A DNA stretch of 64,000 bases from the human T2T-CHM13v2.0 reference genome, Homo sapiens. Where the stretch lies: assembly GCF_009914755.1 (NCBI RefSeq), contig NC_060925.1. The stretch is one strand, 5' to 3'. Of the stretch, positions 1-26,920 are shown piece after piece (the stretch's first letter is position 1; every line of letters starts with the position of its first letter). The position numbers and the translations under genes are program-made. Below the pieces are notes generated by a model. It saw nothing but the letters and a program-made list of their open reading frames with translations, made no database searches and was not told the DNA's origin.

Positions 1-690
1 ATCTCAAAAAGTAAATAAATAAAAAATAAAAGTACATCTTGACATAACTAAAGTATTTTTAGCATTTAGCGTTTTTAGTGTTAATCTATTGTACTACCCT
101 TTGACATTCAATATATGAAACTTTTTATTTATATATTTATTTATTGAGATGGAGTCTTTCTCTGTCACCCAAGCTGAAGTGCAGTGGTGCGATCTCGGCT
201 TACTGCAATCTCCACTTCCTAAGTTCAAGCGATTCTCTTGCCTCAGCCTCCTGAGTAGCTGGGATTATAGGTGCCCACCACCAACCCAGCTAATTTTTGT
301 ATTTTTAGTAGAGACAGGGTTTCACCTTGTTGGCCAGGCTGGTCTCGAACTCCTGATCTCAGGTGATCCATCCGCCTCGGCCTCCCAAAGTGCGAGGATT
401 ACAGGCATGAGCCACAGCATCCGGCCATGAAACTTTAGGTTTTTAACTATTCTTGTACTAGAGGTGAATCCTATTCTTCACATCTATCTAGCTGATGAAA
501 AAAGGTAGTATGATTGGGTAAAGCCCAGAAGGGGACTATTCCCTTATCACTGCTGAGCTTGGGGTGAGGTATGCATTTTACACTTACTGCCTGCTGCCAA
601 GGAGAGCTCTGCCCAGTCAGCTTAGGGAGTGGGTAGCACTCTTGGTCTGTTAGCTACTAATGCTCAGCACTGGCAGTGCCAAGAGAATGA

Positions 691-940
<250 letters not shown>

Positions 941-1247
941 TAGCCAGGATGGTCTTGAACTCCTGACCTCGTGATCCACCCGCCTCGGCCTCCCAAAGTG
1001 CTGGGATTACAGGCAGGAATGGCGCCCGGCCCTCCAAGTATATTAATTTAATCCACTTTAAAGGAAAAACTTTTTAAACCTTAAAAGAATTTTAACACTG
1101 ATATAATTGGCTTATATCAGTTTGAGTTAGAGAACAAGATTGAGGACATTAGAAGGAAAAGCTGAGGTTTTGATTTAATAAGCTGTTTTTAATTTGCCTC
1201 AATTTTTTCTCTACATTGGACCTCATTTGTCTTTCTTACTGAAATAG

Positions 1248-1361
1248 GTGACCCCCATGCCTCAACAGTACAGTTTTCAAATTCTACCACCTCAGTGCTG
1301 GCTACCCTTGCAGCTCTTGCTGAGGCATCAGTCCCCCTCTCCAACTCACACAGAGCCACAG
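1248..1361 (+). CDS. GABPB2: GABPB2 internal coding exon (GDPHASTVQFSNSTTSVLATLAALAEASVPLSNSHRAT)
   Basis: tag|GT acceptor after a pyrimidine tract; CAG|gtaggt donor; 114 nt, phase 1/1; SVLATLAALAEAS is typical of GABP-beta; in frame with the next exon. Confidence 0.93.
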
Positions 1362-2446
1362 GTAGGTAAGGGATATGCTGCTGGGTGAATCACCACTTTT
1401 TCTTTTGTTTTTAAGTCTCCAGCAGATTTAATTTGCATGAAATATTATTAAAGAATTGCATTTAATTAGAGGCAGCTAAGGAAAAGGGATGTGGCATCAT
1501 TGAACATCAGAAAGAAAAATTGCTAGGTGGTATAATCAGACAGCTGAATAATATCAGAGAATGACTGAATTATTCCTTTGTGTGTTTACAATTTGAAGTT
1601 TGTTCTCCCTGACTCTAGTTACTTCAGATTGAAATGTCTATTCTCATATTAGCAGATTTTTTTGGAGATACTCTATGTTATGTTTTGACTGATGCTATCA
1701 TGGAATGATTCAAAATAGCAGCCCAGATATCTTATATTAAAGTATCAAAATACATGGGACTGGTACCTTTTTCGTTGTCATATCCTTTGTACTTCATGGC
1801 TTGCTTTTATTTTCACTGGAGATGTTATTTTGGCATTTCCAAAGGAGTTGAGCAAATATAGGCTATGTATTGCCTTTCTGATATTTAAAACAAAAAAGTT
1901 TTCAAGTCATTTAGCCAGAGCTAGTGGTCTGTGGGGGGAAGACTTAAGGCTTCATATAGGCAGGGGCATATAGTCATAGTTAGGGCTCAGTAGACATTTA
2001 GAAATCTGTCTGGAACCCTCTGGCCATCTGCTCCATCATATATGAAAGCAGAATGTTCTGATTTCTTTCTGCCATGACATTTGGGTGGTAAGAACATTCT
2101 TCCAATTCCAATCCTATTTTTCTGAATGGGTGTAATCATAAAGATCTCTACTCAGATGTATATGAGGGAACAACATAGCAAAGGGAAAAGCAGTGTATTA
2201 AACTTGTCCTTGCTATTCTTTTGCTTTGCTCTTTGATCTTGGATAAATCACTTCTCCAGGTTCTAGTTTTCTCATCTTTGGCATGATGGTTGGATTAGGT
2301 TATCTATCCAGGACCTTTCAGCTTTAATATTTAACTGTTCTTTGTTTCTAAGAGGTGTGAATCCTTTATTTCCATTGAACTACCTAGATGTGTTGCATAT
2401 GGATGGTTGATACCCCACTTATTACTGCAAAGTTCTATCTGTGACT

Positions 2447-2461
2447 CTTTCTTTCTTTCTC

Positions 2462-2517
<56 letters not shown>

Positions 2518-2627
2518 TCCTTTCTTTCTTTCTTTCTCTTCTCTCTCTTTCTTTCTTTCTTTCTCCTTCCCTCCCTCCCTCTCTCTCTCTCTCTTTCTCT
2601 CTTTCTCTCTTTCTTTCTTTCCTTCTT
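2447..2627. repeat. (CTTT)n/(CT)n polypyrimidine microsatellite forming the tail of an antisense Alu
   Basis: ~180 nt of C/T only, abutting the Alu body at ~2628. Confidence 0.95.
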
Positions 2628-3070
2628 GAGACAGAGTCTCACTCTGTCACCCAGGCTGGGATGCAGTGGCATGATCTCAGCTTACTGCAATCTCCACCTC
2701 TGGGGTTCAAGCACAATTCTCCTGCCTCAGCCTCCCAAGTAGCTGGGATTACAGGCGCCCACCACCATGCCCAGCTAAATTTTGTATTTTTAGTAGAGAT
2801 GAGGTTTTGCCATGTTGGCCAGGCTGGTCTCAAACTACTGACCTCAGTGATCCGCCCACCTCGGCCTTCCAAAGTGCTGGGATTACAGGTGTGAGCCACC
2901 GCGCCTGGCCCTGTGACACTTTAGATAGAGACATTCCATAGTGGTAGGAATTATTTCCTCTAATAGTGCTTAGTTTATTGGGATATTGACTAATCAAACT
3001 GAAAATCTCGATTCAACATAATACACATAACACTCATAGAATGGTACCTGGCACATAAGCGTTGGCTATT

Positions 3071-3210
3071 TTATATATATATGTGTGTATATATATGTAT
3101 ATATCAAATGTATATCAAATATATATACAAATATATATATCAAATATATATACAAATGTATATATATTTGATATACATTTAATATAAACATATATGTATA
3201 TATATATATG
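3071..3210. repeat. Degenerate (TA)n low-complexity tract
   Basis: tatatatat... with repeated caaatatatata units. Confidence 0.9.
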
Positions 3211-3642
3211 TTTGGGGTTTCTTTTGATACAGACAGGATCTTATTCTGTTATTCTGTCACCCAGGCTGGAGTGCAGTGGCACAATCAGAGCTCACTGCAG
3301 CTTCAACTTCTGGGCTCAAGTGATCCTCCCACATCAGCCTCCTGAGTAGCTAGGACTAAAGGTGCATGCCACCACGCTCAATTAATTTTTCAAATTTGGG
3401 GGGATGGTCTCACTGCTCAGTCTGGTCTTCAACTCCCAGCCTCAAGCAGTCCTCCTGCCGTGGCCTCCCAAAGTGCTGGGATTATGGGCGTGAGCCACCA
3501 TACCCAGCCAGCTATTATTCTTGATTTATCAGAGGAAAAAAGCCATCTAACATTTTTGTCTATCAAACTTCAATATTTTGACTACTTCACATATTATTCT
3601 GTGAATTCACTATTAAATATCCCTGTTTTCTTATAGAAATGA

Positions 3643-4279
<637 letters not shown>

Positions 4280-4741
4280 TGATTCGCCCATCTTGGCCTC
4301 CCAAAGTGCTGAGATTACAGGCGTGAGCCACTGTGCCCAGCCGAAACAGAGTATCTTATACTCTGTTGGAGAATCACACCCTGTTGGAAAATCACAATGT
4401 TTATTAGCCTATTGAAGTCTCTGATACTCCTACAAAACAAAAAAGTTTAAGCATGTTTAAACCAGAATTTTGAAAACGTATTTATACATAGAATCCATCT
4501 TTAGTGAAAGTTATTAATACCTCAGTGAACACATTTTACAAAATATTGTTCTAATGCATTCTGTTTTCTTTTCTCCTCTGACTTAGCATTGTTCACAAAA
4601 CCTTTTGCGAACTGTTGAATCTCACTTTTTTTTTTCAAATGTTCCTCTCCCTGAATGTTGTCAGGTTCAAGGAGGTTGAAATTGCTATACTCCTATGTTT
4701 TTAAAAAGCTGAAATTTTAAATTTGCTTTTGTCATCTCTAG

Positions 4742-4927
4742 CCAATACAGAGGAAATTATAGAAGGAAATTCCGTTGACTCATCAATCCAGCAAGTAATG
4801 GGGAGTGGAGGCCAGAGGGTCATCACCATAGTGACTGATGGAGTCCCTCTGGGTAATATCCAAACTTCAATCCCTACTGGAGGCATTGGCCAGCCATTTA
4901 TTGTAACTGTGCAAGATGGACAGCAAG
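4742..4927 (+). CDS. GABPB2: GABPB2 coding exon (ANTEEIIEGNSVDSSIQQVMGSGGQRVITIVTDG...QDGQQ)
   Basis: ctctag| acceptor, CAAG|gtgagt donor, 186 nt; GGQRVITIVTDG GABP-beta motif; lies within track ORF 4723..5061. Confidence 0.95.
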
Positions 4928-6988
4928 GTGAGTTATCTCTTGTAGACAATTGTTTATTAAAAGATATTTTAGATACTCCATACTCACCTAAAAATGAGGC
5001 ATTAAGACAAATAGTGGAAGTGGGAGATTGCCAGATGCAAGTTGGGGCAAAGAAGCTCTGAAAAAGAAAAAGAAACGGAACCAGACTGGCAAAAGCTAAT
5101 TGCCTAATATGTATAAAATCTGTAGTAAAAACCAGTTGATCTGGTGGAAAAAATAACAAATAATATGAACCAATAGTTCACAGAAAAAAAATGTACTGAT
5201 GGCTCTTTTTTTTTTTTTTTCTTCAGAAGGGATTCTCACTCTCTCACCCAGGCTGGAGTGCAGTGGTGCAATCTCAGCTCACTGCAGGCTCCGCCTCCTG
5301 GGTTCACGCACCCGGGTTCACCGCGCCCGGCCCTGATGGCTCTTAAAAATATGAAAATAGCTGGGTGAGGCGGCTCACGGCTGTAATCCCAGCACTTTGG
5401 GAGGCTGACGCAGGAGGATCACTTGAGAGCAGGAGTTCAAGACCAGCCTGGCCAAAATAGCAAAACCCCATCTCTACTAAAAATACAAAAATTAGCCAGG
5501 CATGGTGGCGCACGCCTATAGTCCCAGCTACTCAGGAGGCTGAAGTGGAGGATCACTTGAGCCCAGGAGGTTGAGGCTGTACTGAGCCGTGATTGTGCTA
5601 CTGCACACCAGCCTGGATGACAGAGTGAGACTCTGTCTTTAAAAAAAAAAAGGAAAGAAAGAAAAAGAAAATATTTTCGACCTACTTCATTCATAACGAG
5701 AAGTGCAAATACTGTACTGACATACCATTATAACACTATGTTGTTAAAGGTATAGGGAAACAAGCACTCTTATAAATCACTTGTGAGAGTGCACATTAAT
5801 GGATCCTCTAAAAAGGATATTGGTAATATCTGTAGGTATTAAAGATGTACATAAAGATGTACCTTTGGGTTTTTTTGTTTGCTTGTTTGTTTGAGATGGA
5901 GTTCCTCTTTGTTGCCCAGGCTGGAGCGCAGTGGCAGGATCTTGGCTCACTGCAACCTCCAGCTCCCTGGTTCAAGTAATTCTTGTGCCTCAGCCTCCTG
6001 AGTAGCTGGGACTATAGGCGCACACCAACACGCCCAGTTAATTTTTGTGTATTTTTAGTAGAGACAGGGTTTTACCATGTTAGCCAGGCTGGTCTTGAAC
6101 TCCAGACCTCAAGTGATCCTCCCGCCTAAGCCTCCCAGAGTGCTGGGATTATAGGTATGAGTCATCACACCCAGTGATGTTGTGTACCTTTTGGTTAAAC
6201 AGTTCTTTTTTCTTTTTTGTGTGTGTAACTGGGTCTTGTTCTGTCACCCAGGCTTGTGTGCGGTGGTGCAATCATGGGTCACTGCAGCCTCGACCTCCTG
6301 GGCTCAAGCTATCCTCCCGCCTCAGCCACCTGAGAAGCTGGGGCTACAGTTCCACGCCACCATGCCCAGCTATATTCAGACTGAGGCTATACATTAGTAT
6401 ACTGAGGCATTACATTAGTTGCTTCCAGGGAGGGCAATTGGGTACTAAGGATGAGTGGGAGGCTTTTCAATGTATATGCTTTTATAGTCTTGATGTTTTT
6501 AATCATTTAATGTATCAGTTATTCAAAAAAGACATAGTTAAAATTTTTTGAAAAGAGGAAGCCCATCATTACAACTCCATGCCTTAAAAATACTGGAGGT
6601 TGGCCAGGCACAATGGCTTACATATGTAATCCTGTAATCCTAGCACTTTGGGAGACCAAGGCAGGAGGATTGCTTGAGACCAAGAGTTCCAAATCAGCTG
6701 GGGCAACATAGCAAGACCCCCTCATCTCTACGCAATTTTTTTAAAAAATAGCCTGGTTGATGGCACGTGCTTATAGTCCCAACTACTCAGGAGGTTTTGG
6801 CAGGAGGATCAGTTGAGCCCAGGAGCTCAAGGTCGCAGTATGCTACCATAATCATGCCACTGCACTCCAGCCTGGGCAACAGAGCAAAACATTGTCTCTA
6901 AAAAATAAAAATGTATATTGGAGGTTGAAACGAAGGGTACTGGTATAATTTCCTTTCTTAATGTCACTAAAATTTTGACTTGGCTTAA

Positions 6989-7312
<324 letters not shown>

Positions 7313-7380
7313 TGATCCACCCTCCTCGGCCTCCCAAAGTGCTGGAATTACAAGCGTGAGCCACCACACCCGGCCTATAG

Positions 7381-7799
<419 letters not shown>

Positions 7800-8932
7800 T
7801 AGCTCCTGAACTCAAGTGATCTGCCTGCCTTGGCCTCCCAAAGTGCTGGGATTACAGGTGTGAGTCACGACCCCTGGTCTTTTTTTATTTTTTGTACAGA
7901 CTGGGTCTTACTATGTTGCCCGTGTTGGGATTTATAATTTTTTAATTATTTCAACTGATGGATCAGAAAGTATGGGAAGATAAGAATTAAACTTATTATA
8001 ATCCAAACTTTGGTATCATAAATTCTAATTTATGCATTGCTGATATTTTTGTGAACATAGTTATCATTTTAAGTTTTTAGGGCTCATTGGGTAGGTGAGA
8101 GACTCTGCTTATAATGGAAATAAATAAATGAAAACTGAGTTGTTTTGGAGAAAAAGAATAGAATTGAGGTTTTACCTAAATAAACTATACTACTTTTTTA
8201 TTTTTATTTTTTAAATTTATGTATTTATTTATTTAGAGGTGCAATCTCAGCTCCCTGCAACCTCAACCTCCTAGGCTCAAGCAGTCCTCCCACCTCAAGT
8301 CCCAAGTAGCTAGGACCACAGGTGCAAGCCACCACACCCAGCTAATTTTTTACTTTTTCGTAGAGACAAGGTCTTCCTATGTTACCCAGCCTGGCCTCAA
8401 ACTCCTGGGCTCAAGCAGTCCTTCTACCTTGGCTTCCTAAAGTTCTAGGATTACAGGCATGAGCCACTGTGCTCAGCCTATACTACTTTTTACAAATATG
8501 TTTAAGGCCCAAAGAAGGAAAACAGATTTCATGAGTTATCTGCAGAAAAATTTAAATCCCAGACTAAACTTCCATTTCTACTCAACATATATCTAAGCTG
8601 CTTTCCACTGACATCAGTTGATGAGTTTATAAAGAAATACAAACCAATTTTTAAATCTGCCAAACCCAATGATTATGTAAATCTTCTGTTTTTTTGTTTT
8701 TGTTTTTAAATTTTTGTCCAGACATGGTAGCTCACACCTGTAATCCCAGCACTTTGGGAGGCTGAGGCGGGAGGAGCGCTTGAGGTCGGGATTTCAAGAC
8801 CAGCTTGCCAACACGGTGAAACCCCATGTCTACTGAAAAAATACAAATATTAGCCAGATGTGGTGGCCCCAGCCTGGAGTGCAGTGGCACGATCATGACT
8901 TACGGCAGTCTTGATATTCAGGACCCAAGTGA

Positions 8933-9085
<153 letters not shown>

Positions 9086-9754
9086 TGAGTAGCTGGGATT
9101 ACAAGGCGCCCACCACCGCCCCCCACTAATTTTTTTTTTCTTTTTTTTCTTTTTTTTTGAGACAGAGTCTCGCTCTGTCACCCAGGCTGGAGTGCAGTGG
9201 CGTGATCTCGGCTCACCGCAAGCTCCACCTCCCGGGTTGACGCCATTCTCCTGCCTCAGCCTCCTGAGTAGCTGGGACTACAGGCGCCTGCCACCACGCC
9301 CGGCTAATTTTTTTTGTATTTTTAGTAGAGACGGGGTTTCACTGTGGTCTCGATCTCCTGACCTCGTGATCCACCCGCCTCGGCCTCCCAAAGTGCTGGG
9401 ATTACAGGTGTGAGCCACCGCGCCCGGCCTAATTTTTGTATTTTTAGTAGAGACAGGATTTCACCATGGTCTCGAACTCCTGACCTTGTGACCCACCTGC
9501 CTCGGCCTCCCAAAGTGCTGGGATTACAGGCATGAGCCACTGTGCCCGGCCTTTAATTTTCATATATGAAGAGCTAACATGGTTTTTAATTGGGTGCATG
9601 CCTTGGATAATCCATTGAAGAGAGATCACTTAGTCCAATTTAATGAAACCTATATCCTGTGGCTGGGCGCAGTGGCTCACACCTGTAATCCCAGCACTTT
9701 GGGAGGCCGAGGCGGGCGGATCACGAGGTCAGGAGATAGAGACCATCCTGGCTA

Positions 9755-10189
<435 letters not shown>

Positions 10190-10443
10190 TAGCTAGAATT
10201 ATAGGCGTTTCCCACCATGCCCGGCTAATTTTTTGTATTTTTAGTAGAGACAGGGTTTCACCATGTTGGTCAGGCGGGTCTTGAACTCCTGACCTCATGA
10301 TCTGCCGGCCTCGGCCTCCCAAAGCACTGGCATTACAGGTGTGAGCCACCGCACCTGGCCGACTATGCTGGTTTGAGCAGACATGACAAGAGCAAGAACC
10401 CTGGCCAAATTTTTGTGGGTGGCTCCAGTAGAGCTGCTGGTAA

Positions 10444-10614
<171 letters not shown>

Positions 10615-11025
10615 TGAGTAGCTGGGACTACAGGTGTGCACCACCACGCCTGGCTAATTTTTTTTTTTTTTGTATTTTAGTAGAGACAGGGTTTCACCAT
10701 GTTGGCCAGGATGGTCTTGATCTCTTGACCTAGTGATGTGCCCACCTCAGCCCCTAAAGTGTTGGGATTATAAGCATGAGCTACTGCGCCTAGCCCCCCA
10801 ATTTTTTTTTTTAATAGAAATGAGGTCTTGCTAAGCTTCCCAGGCTGGTCTCAGACTCCTAGACTCAAGCTTTCCTCCCACTTTGGCCTCCCAAAATGCT
10901 GTGATTGGCCGGGTGCGGTGGCTCACACCTGTAATCCCAGCACTTTGGGAGGCCGAGGTGGACAGATCATGAGGTCAGGAGATCGAGACCATCCTGGCTA
11001 ACGCGGTGAAACCCTGTCTCTACTA

Positions 11026-11217
<192 letters not shown>

Positions 11218-11279
11218 TTACAGGCATGAGCTACCGTGTCTGGCCAAATCTTCTGTTTTAAAATAATCATAATATATCC

Positions 11280-14170
<2,891 letters not shown>

Positions 14171-14432
14171 GTCATGTGTGTTGTGTGTGTGTTGACTCTT
14201 CTCTCACTTATCTATGAGAAGAGAATTAATTTAGGTACAGATAATGGCTATTGGCTTTTATTAGAGGTCTCAAAAATATATAAAGACTTCAGGCCTTCTT
14301 TTGACAGATTATTTCTGCAGTTTTTTTTGTTTGTTTGTTTGTTTTAAGACAGGGTCTCATTCTGTCACCCAGGCTGGAGTGCAGTCGCGAGTTCTTGGCT
14401 CACTACGGCCTCAACTTCCCAGGCTCAGGTGA

Positions 14433-14651
<219 letters not shown>

Positions 14652-15111
14652 TAATTGGCCATAGGTGACCTAGAGTCAGACACCTTCATATAAGAGCTTC
14701 AGACTTGGGACTTACTTGCATGGCTTCCAAGCCTGCAAATCTATACCCTTCCTTTTTGAGCCATTCTCAGTGCTCTATTAATCCTTTTTGTTTCTCCCTG
14801 AAGGGCCATGCCTTACCTGTTGATTCGAAAATTCAAAGAGATATTTAAAATAATATATCAAGGAATATATTTTACTTTCTCTTTCTTTGCTTTTTTGTTG
14901 AGATGGGGTCTTGCTGTGTTGTCTAGGCTAGTCTTGAACTCCTGGATTCAAGAAGTCCTCCAGTCAGCTGCCTGAGTAGCTAGGACCACAGGCACACACC
15001 ACTGTACCCAACCTAGAATATATTTTAGTTTATTTTCTAATTAAAAGCAAGCAAAACCTCTTTGTTTTATTATGCATTCATCACCTCCAATTGGTGTCCT
15101 TTGACTTGTAG

Positions 15112-15236
15112 TTCTAACTGTACCTGCTGGTAAGGTTGCAGAGGAGACTGTAATTAAAGAGGAAGAAGAAGAGAAGTTGCCACTAACAAAGAAACCAAGG
15201 ATAGGAGAGAAGACAAACAGTGTGGAGGAAAGCAAG
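15112..15236 (+). CDS. GABPB2: GABPB2 penultimate coding exon (VLTVPAGKVAEETVIKEEEEEKLPLTKKPRIGEKTNSVEESK)
   Basis: ttgtag| acceptor, AAG|gtaatg donor, 125 nt, phase 1/0; basic KKPR NLS-like segment. Confidence 0.93.
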
Positions 15237-15676
15237 GTAATGTTTTTAGGAGTGATGAAAAGAATTTAAAGCCTTAATTATTAAGGCCTGAACCCTTCTT
15301 CATCTTTTCTTTTTTCTTTTTGAGACGGAGTCTTGCTGTGTTGCCCAGGCTGGAGTACAGTGGCATGATCTCAGCTCACTGCAACCTCCGCCTCCCGGGC
15401 TCAAGTGATTCTCATGCCTCAGCCTCCTGAGTAGCTGGGATTACAGGCACCTGCCACCATGCCTGGCTAATTTTTGTATTTTTAGTAGAGACAGGGTTTT
15501 GCCATGTTGGCCAAGTTGGTCTCGAACTCTTGACCTCAGATAATCTGCCTACCTCTGCCTCCCAAAGTGCTTGGATTATAGGTGTGAGGCACCGCTCCTG
15601 GCCTGTCTTTTTGTCTACTGTCTGGATAATTTATGATCAGGAATTTACCTGGTGGTGACATGGCTTACTTTTACAG

Positions 15677-15976
15677 GAAGGCAATGAAAGAGAGCTACTA
15701 CAGCAACAACTCCAGGAGGCCAATCGAAGAGCCCAGGAATACCGACACCAGCTCCTAAAGAAAGAGCAGGAAGCAGAACAGTACCGTCTTAAGCTGGAGG
15801 CCATAGCCCGACAGCAGCCCAATGGAGTTGATTTCACCATGGTTGAAGAGGTGGCTGAGGTAGATGCTGTAGTAGTCACAGAGGGGGAGTTGGAAGAGAG
15901 AGAGACAAAAGTGACTGGGTCAGCAGGGACCACAGAGCCTCACACTAGAGTTTCCATGGCAACTGTTTCATCTTAA
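15677..15976 (+). CDS. GABPB2: GABPB2 last coding exon: coiled-coil/leucine zipper ([43 protein letters not shown]) to stop
   Basis: ttacag| acceptor; 300 nt ending TAA at 15974-15976; GABP-beta C-terminal zipper. Confidence 0.95.
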   Translation, partial: EGNERELLQQQLQEANRRAQEYRHQLLKKEQEAEQYRLKLEAIARQQPNGVDFTMVEEVAEVDAVVVTEGELEERETKVTGSAGTTEPHTRVSMATVSS

Positions 15977-16183
15977 TATGCAAGGGCCACAATTTGCACT
16001 GTGTTCATATTAATCCTCTTTTAAAAAAGGAAATATACAGAAGACAAACATTGTATAAAAACTAAGAGTGTCTTTAAGAAGAAAACTATAGCAGGGTACA
16101 ATGCTTGGGCTCAGGAAGTTTCTCTGTGCAACTAGAAAATTCAAAGCCATATTTAGGGAACATTTTTTCTGAGGGGCCAAAAG

Positions 16184-16189
16184 AATAAA
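16184..16189 (+). terminator. Candidate proximal poly(A) signal of GABPB2
   Basis: AATAAA ~210 nt after the stop, followed by a GT/T-rich stretch at ~16247-16272. Confidence 0.4.
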
Positions 16190-16523
16190 GGACCAAATTT
16201 CTTAGCTCATATCATTGCTTTAAACATAGAAGTAAAAGAATACTGCATGTTGTGGGTTGATTTTTTTTTTTTAAATAACTGACTTTCTCACAAAAGATTT
16301 TAAGATAACATTTCTAATATATATGCACCAATATATATGCCTTTAATAATTATACCATCAAGTGACCTGAAAATGCCCCTTAGATTTATGATGCGTATCT
16401 GTTGGAAAAACCAATTGGAAGGGAGGTTAGACAAGCTTTGGGGAAGAGAAAAGGAATATAGTCCATTTCCAAAGGAGCAGGAACTCCCAACCTTAAGTTA
16501 ATTTCACTGAAGAGAATTTTCCC

Positions 16524-22184
<5,661 letters not shown>

Positions 22185-23208
22185 ACCATTTTAAGAAAGC
22201 TTGTGTGGCTCTCTCCTATCATTACAGACCTCCAGAGCTGGAAAATTTGATGCATTTACTGAACTCTTCCTGAAAGTTTAATATGGAGTGGGAATCAGTT
22301 TTTGTCCTAATTTATTAGAGAAGGCTTCCTCTTCTCTACTCCTTGTGCAAACCCATCTCTGGATAGCTAGAAAAGGAACTTCAGAATGGACTATATGTGA
22401 TGACCACCTGTATGCACTCTAGGCTCTTATCTGTCTCTATTTTATGTGGTGACTATATCTCAGAAGTACTACCCCTTCTGAGTAGTACTATTATTTCCTA
22501 TGCCAATTTTTTTTAAGTCTCTGATGCTGCCCTTTTTAAATTTTTGTCTTATTTTTTAGCCTCTTTAGTATTAGGGGGTGAGGTGACATTCCTAGACTCT
22601 ACAGTAGCAGTTTGGCATGTTAGTGACAGGAAATTGTGATTCCCTATCTCCCCCTCCTCCTACCTTTTCTGCTTTTGTGATTCCATTGTTCCTATCTCAT
22701 TGAGGCTTTCCCAGGCATTCGAATTTAGTTAGTAGGTCATTTCTAATCTCTGGGCCTTGTCTTTTCTCTCTCCGTTCCCCTCCTTCCCTACCACATATTT
22801 TTTGTTTATTCTGAGGTGGTTTGTTTCTGAAAGTTAATCTAGGTCACCTTCTATATCCTGTGCTTTCTAGTTGGCTTTAGACATCTTGTTCTAGCAACAA
22901 TGATGGTAGCAGCTCTCTCCCTGACCTTGCCCCATGTGCTCTCCTTCTGTCAAGGCCATTTGTGTGTGTACTGCGGCAGGTGTGTGTGTGGGGGGATGCG
23001 CCCAGACTGTTCTCACAATGTCCTCAGTTTTTCAGGTTGTCTGACAGCTTTATGTACAGCGTATTTTTAGAAAAACTTAAATATACTTCTTTATTTAGGG
23101 TTTTATTCTGATGAGCAAGTTTGTGTGTATATGTGTGTATGAGCATTTGTATGTATATATACTTATACAGATCTATATTATATATACAGTTTTTGTACTA
23201 TCATTTAA

Positions 23209-23602
<394 letters not shown>

Positions 23603-24600
23603 AAATTTGTATCTATTCTCTAATGACAGGTGAACCACAGAGCTCATTTTCCCTGTCCAACTGAGCTAACTGAAGGGGGAGGGGTATAGATCTACTAACC
23701 CATGCATGGCCATTGCCTTTTCCTTATCCACCGCTCTCAGCCTGGTATTCTTGACAGGCAGAGCAAGTTGAGGTAAGAAATGAAATGAGAATGAGGAGAG
23801 CTTTTGACCAGCTTGTTAAATGTACATTTTCCTTCTTTCTCTCATTCCCCACTCCCTTCCCTAAAAGCAAACAACCAAGGGAGGAGAAAAGTAGCTGAAG
23901 AAAATGATTATGTGCCTTGTGTGGGAGTAAAGTCAATACTGAGACGTATGGGGAAAAACATCAGACTCAGGAGTGCTTGGAAAGAGTAGATTTACTTTGC
24001 CAGCTTCTCAGCTATTCTTGGTTAATAGGGTGCTTGCTGCTATCTTAGTCCAAAATCAGCACACATTTATATTTAAAAATAGGAGGATCAGTCTGATAGT
24101 AGCACAATCCCCATTGATAGCCAGGGGTGAACAGACCAATTTGACTAGCAAGATGGGTATCCTATCTAGTGTATAGAGTTCTGAAAAGCTGTTTTGTTGG
24201 CAAGAAGGATACCTTTCTTTACAAAATTAGCTTTGAGCCTGTCCAAAGCTAAGGACATATAAGCATCTGTGTTCAGCGACTGGAATCTCAAGTAAGTTCT
24301 CAAAGTCAATATTTAGGAAATTGGACACCTACCATGTACTAGGGTACATGTAGATAATTTCTTTTTGGTAAATACATATAGTCAGCAAATGCTGTGCACA
24401 TATTCAAGTAATAGTAATTCTGGCAGGTACTTTATTAATATATATAGTCTTGGCTGTGCTGACAGAAAAAAAAGCAGGAACTTGTGGAGCCTTAAGAACC
24501 AAAGAACTAAAAATCTTGTTGAATTAAATCCTGGTGAGAGAAATCATCAAGATGGGAAAGTTGGAGGGAACTAGAGAGATAGGAACCTAGAGTTCTCTGA

Positions 24601-26920
<2,320 letters not shown>

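Noticed and set aside
2331-2742. Lys/Glu/Arg-rich and Phe/Leu/Ser-rich ORFs
   Set aside because: Translations of the (CTTT)n microsatellite.
4701-5159. 152-aa minus-strand ORF and the intronic extension of ORF 4723..5061
   Set aside because: Antisense shadow of a GABPB2 exon and chance read-through past a strong GT donor; no independent gene signals.
15637-15933. 98-aa minus-strand ORF
   Set aside because: Antisense shadow of the GABPB2 last coding exon.
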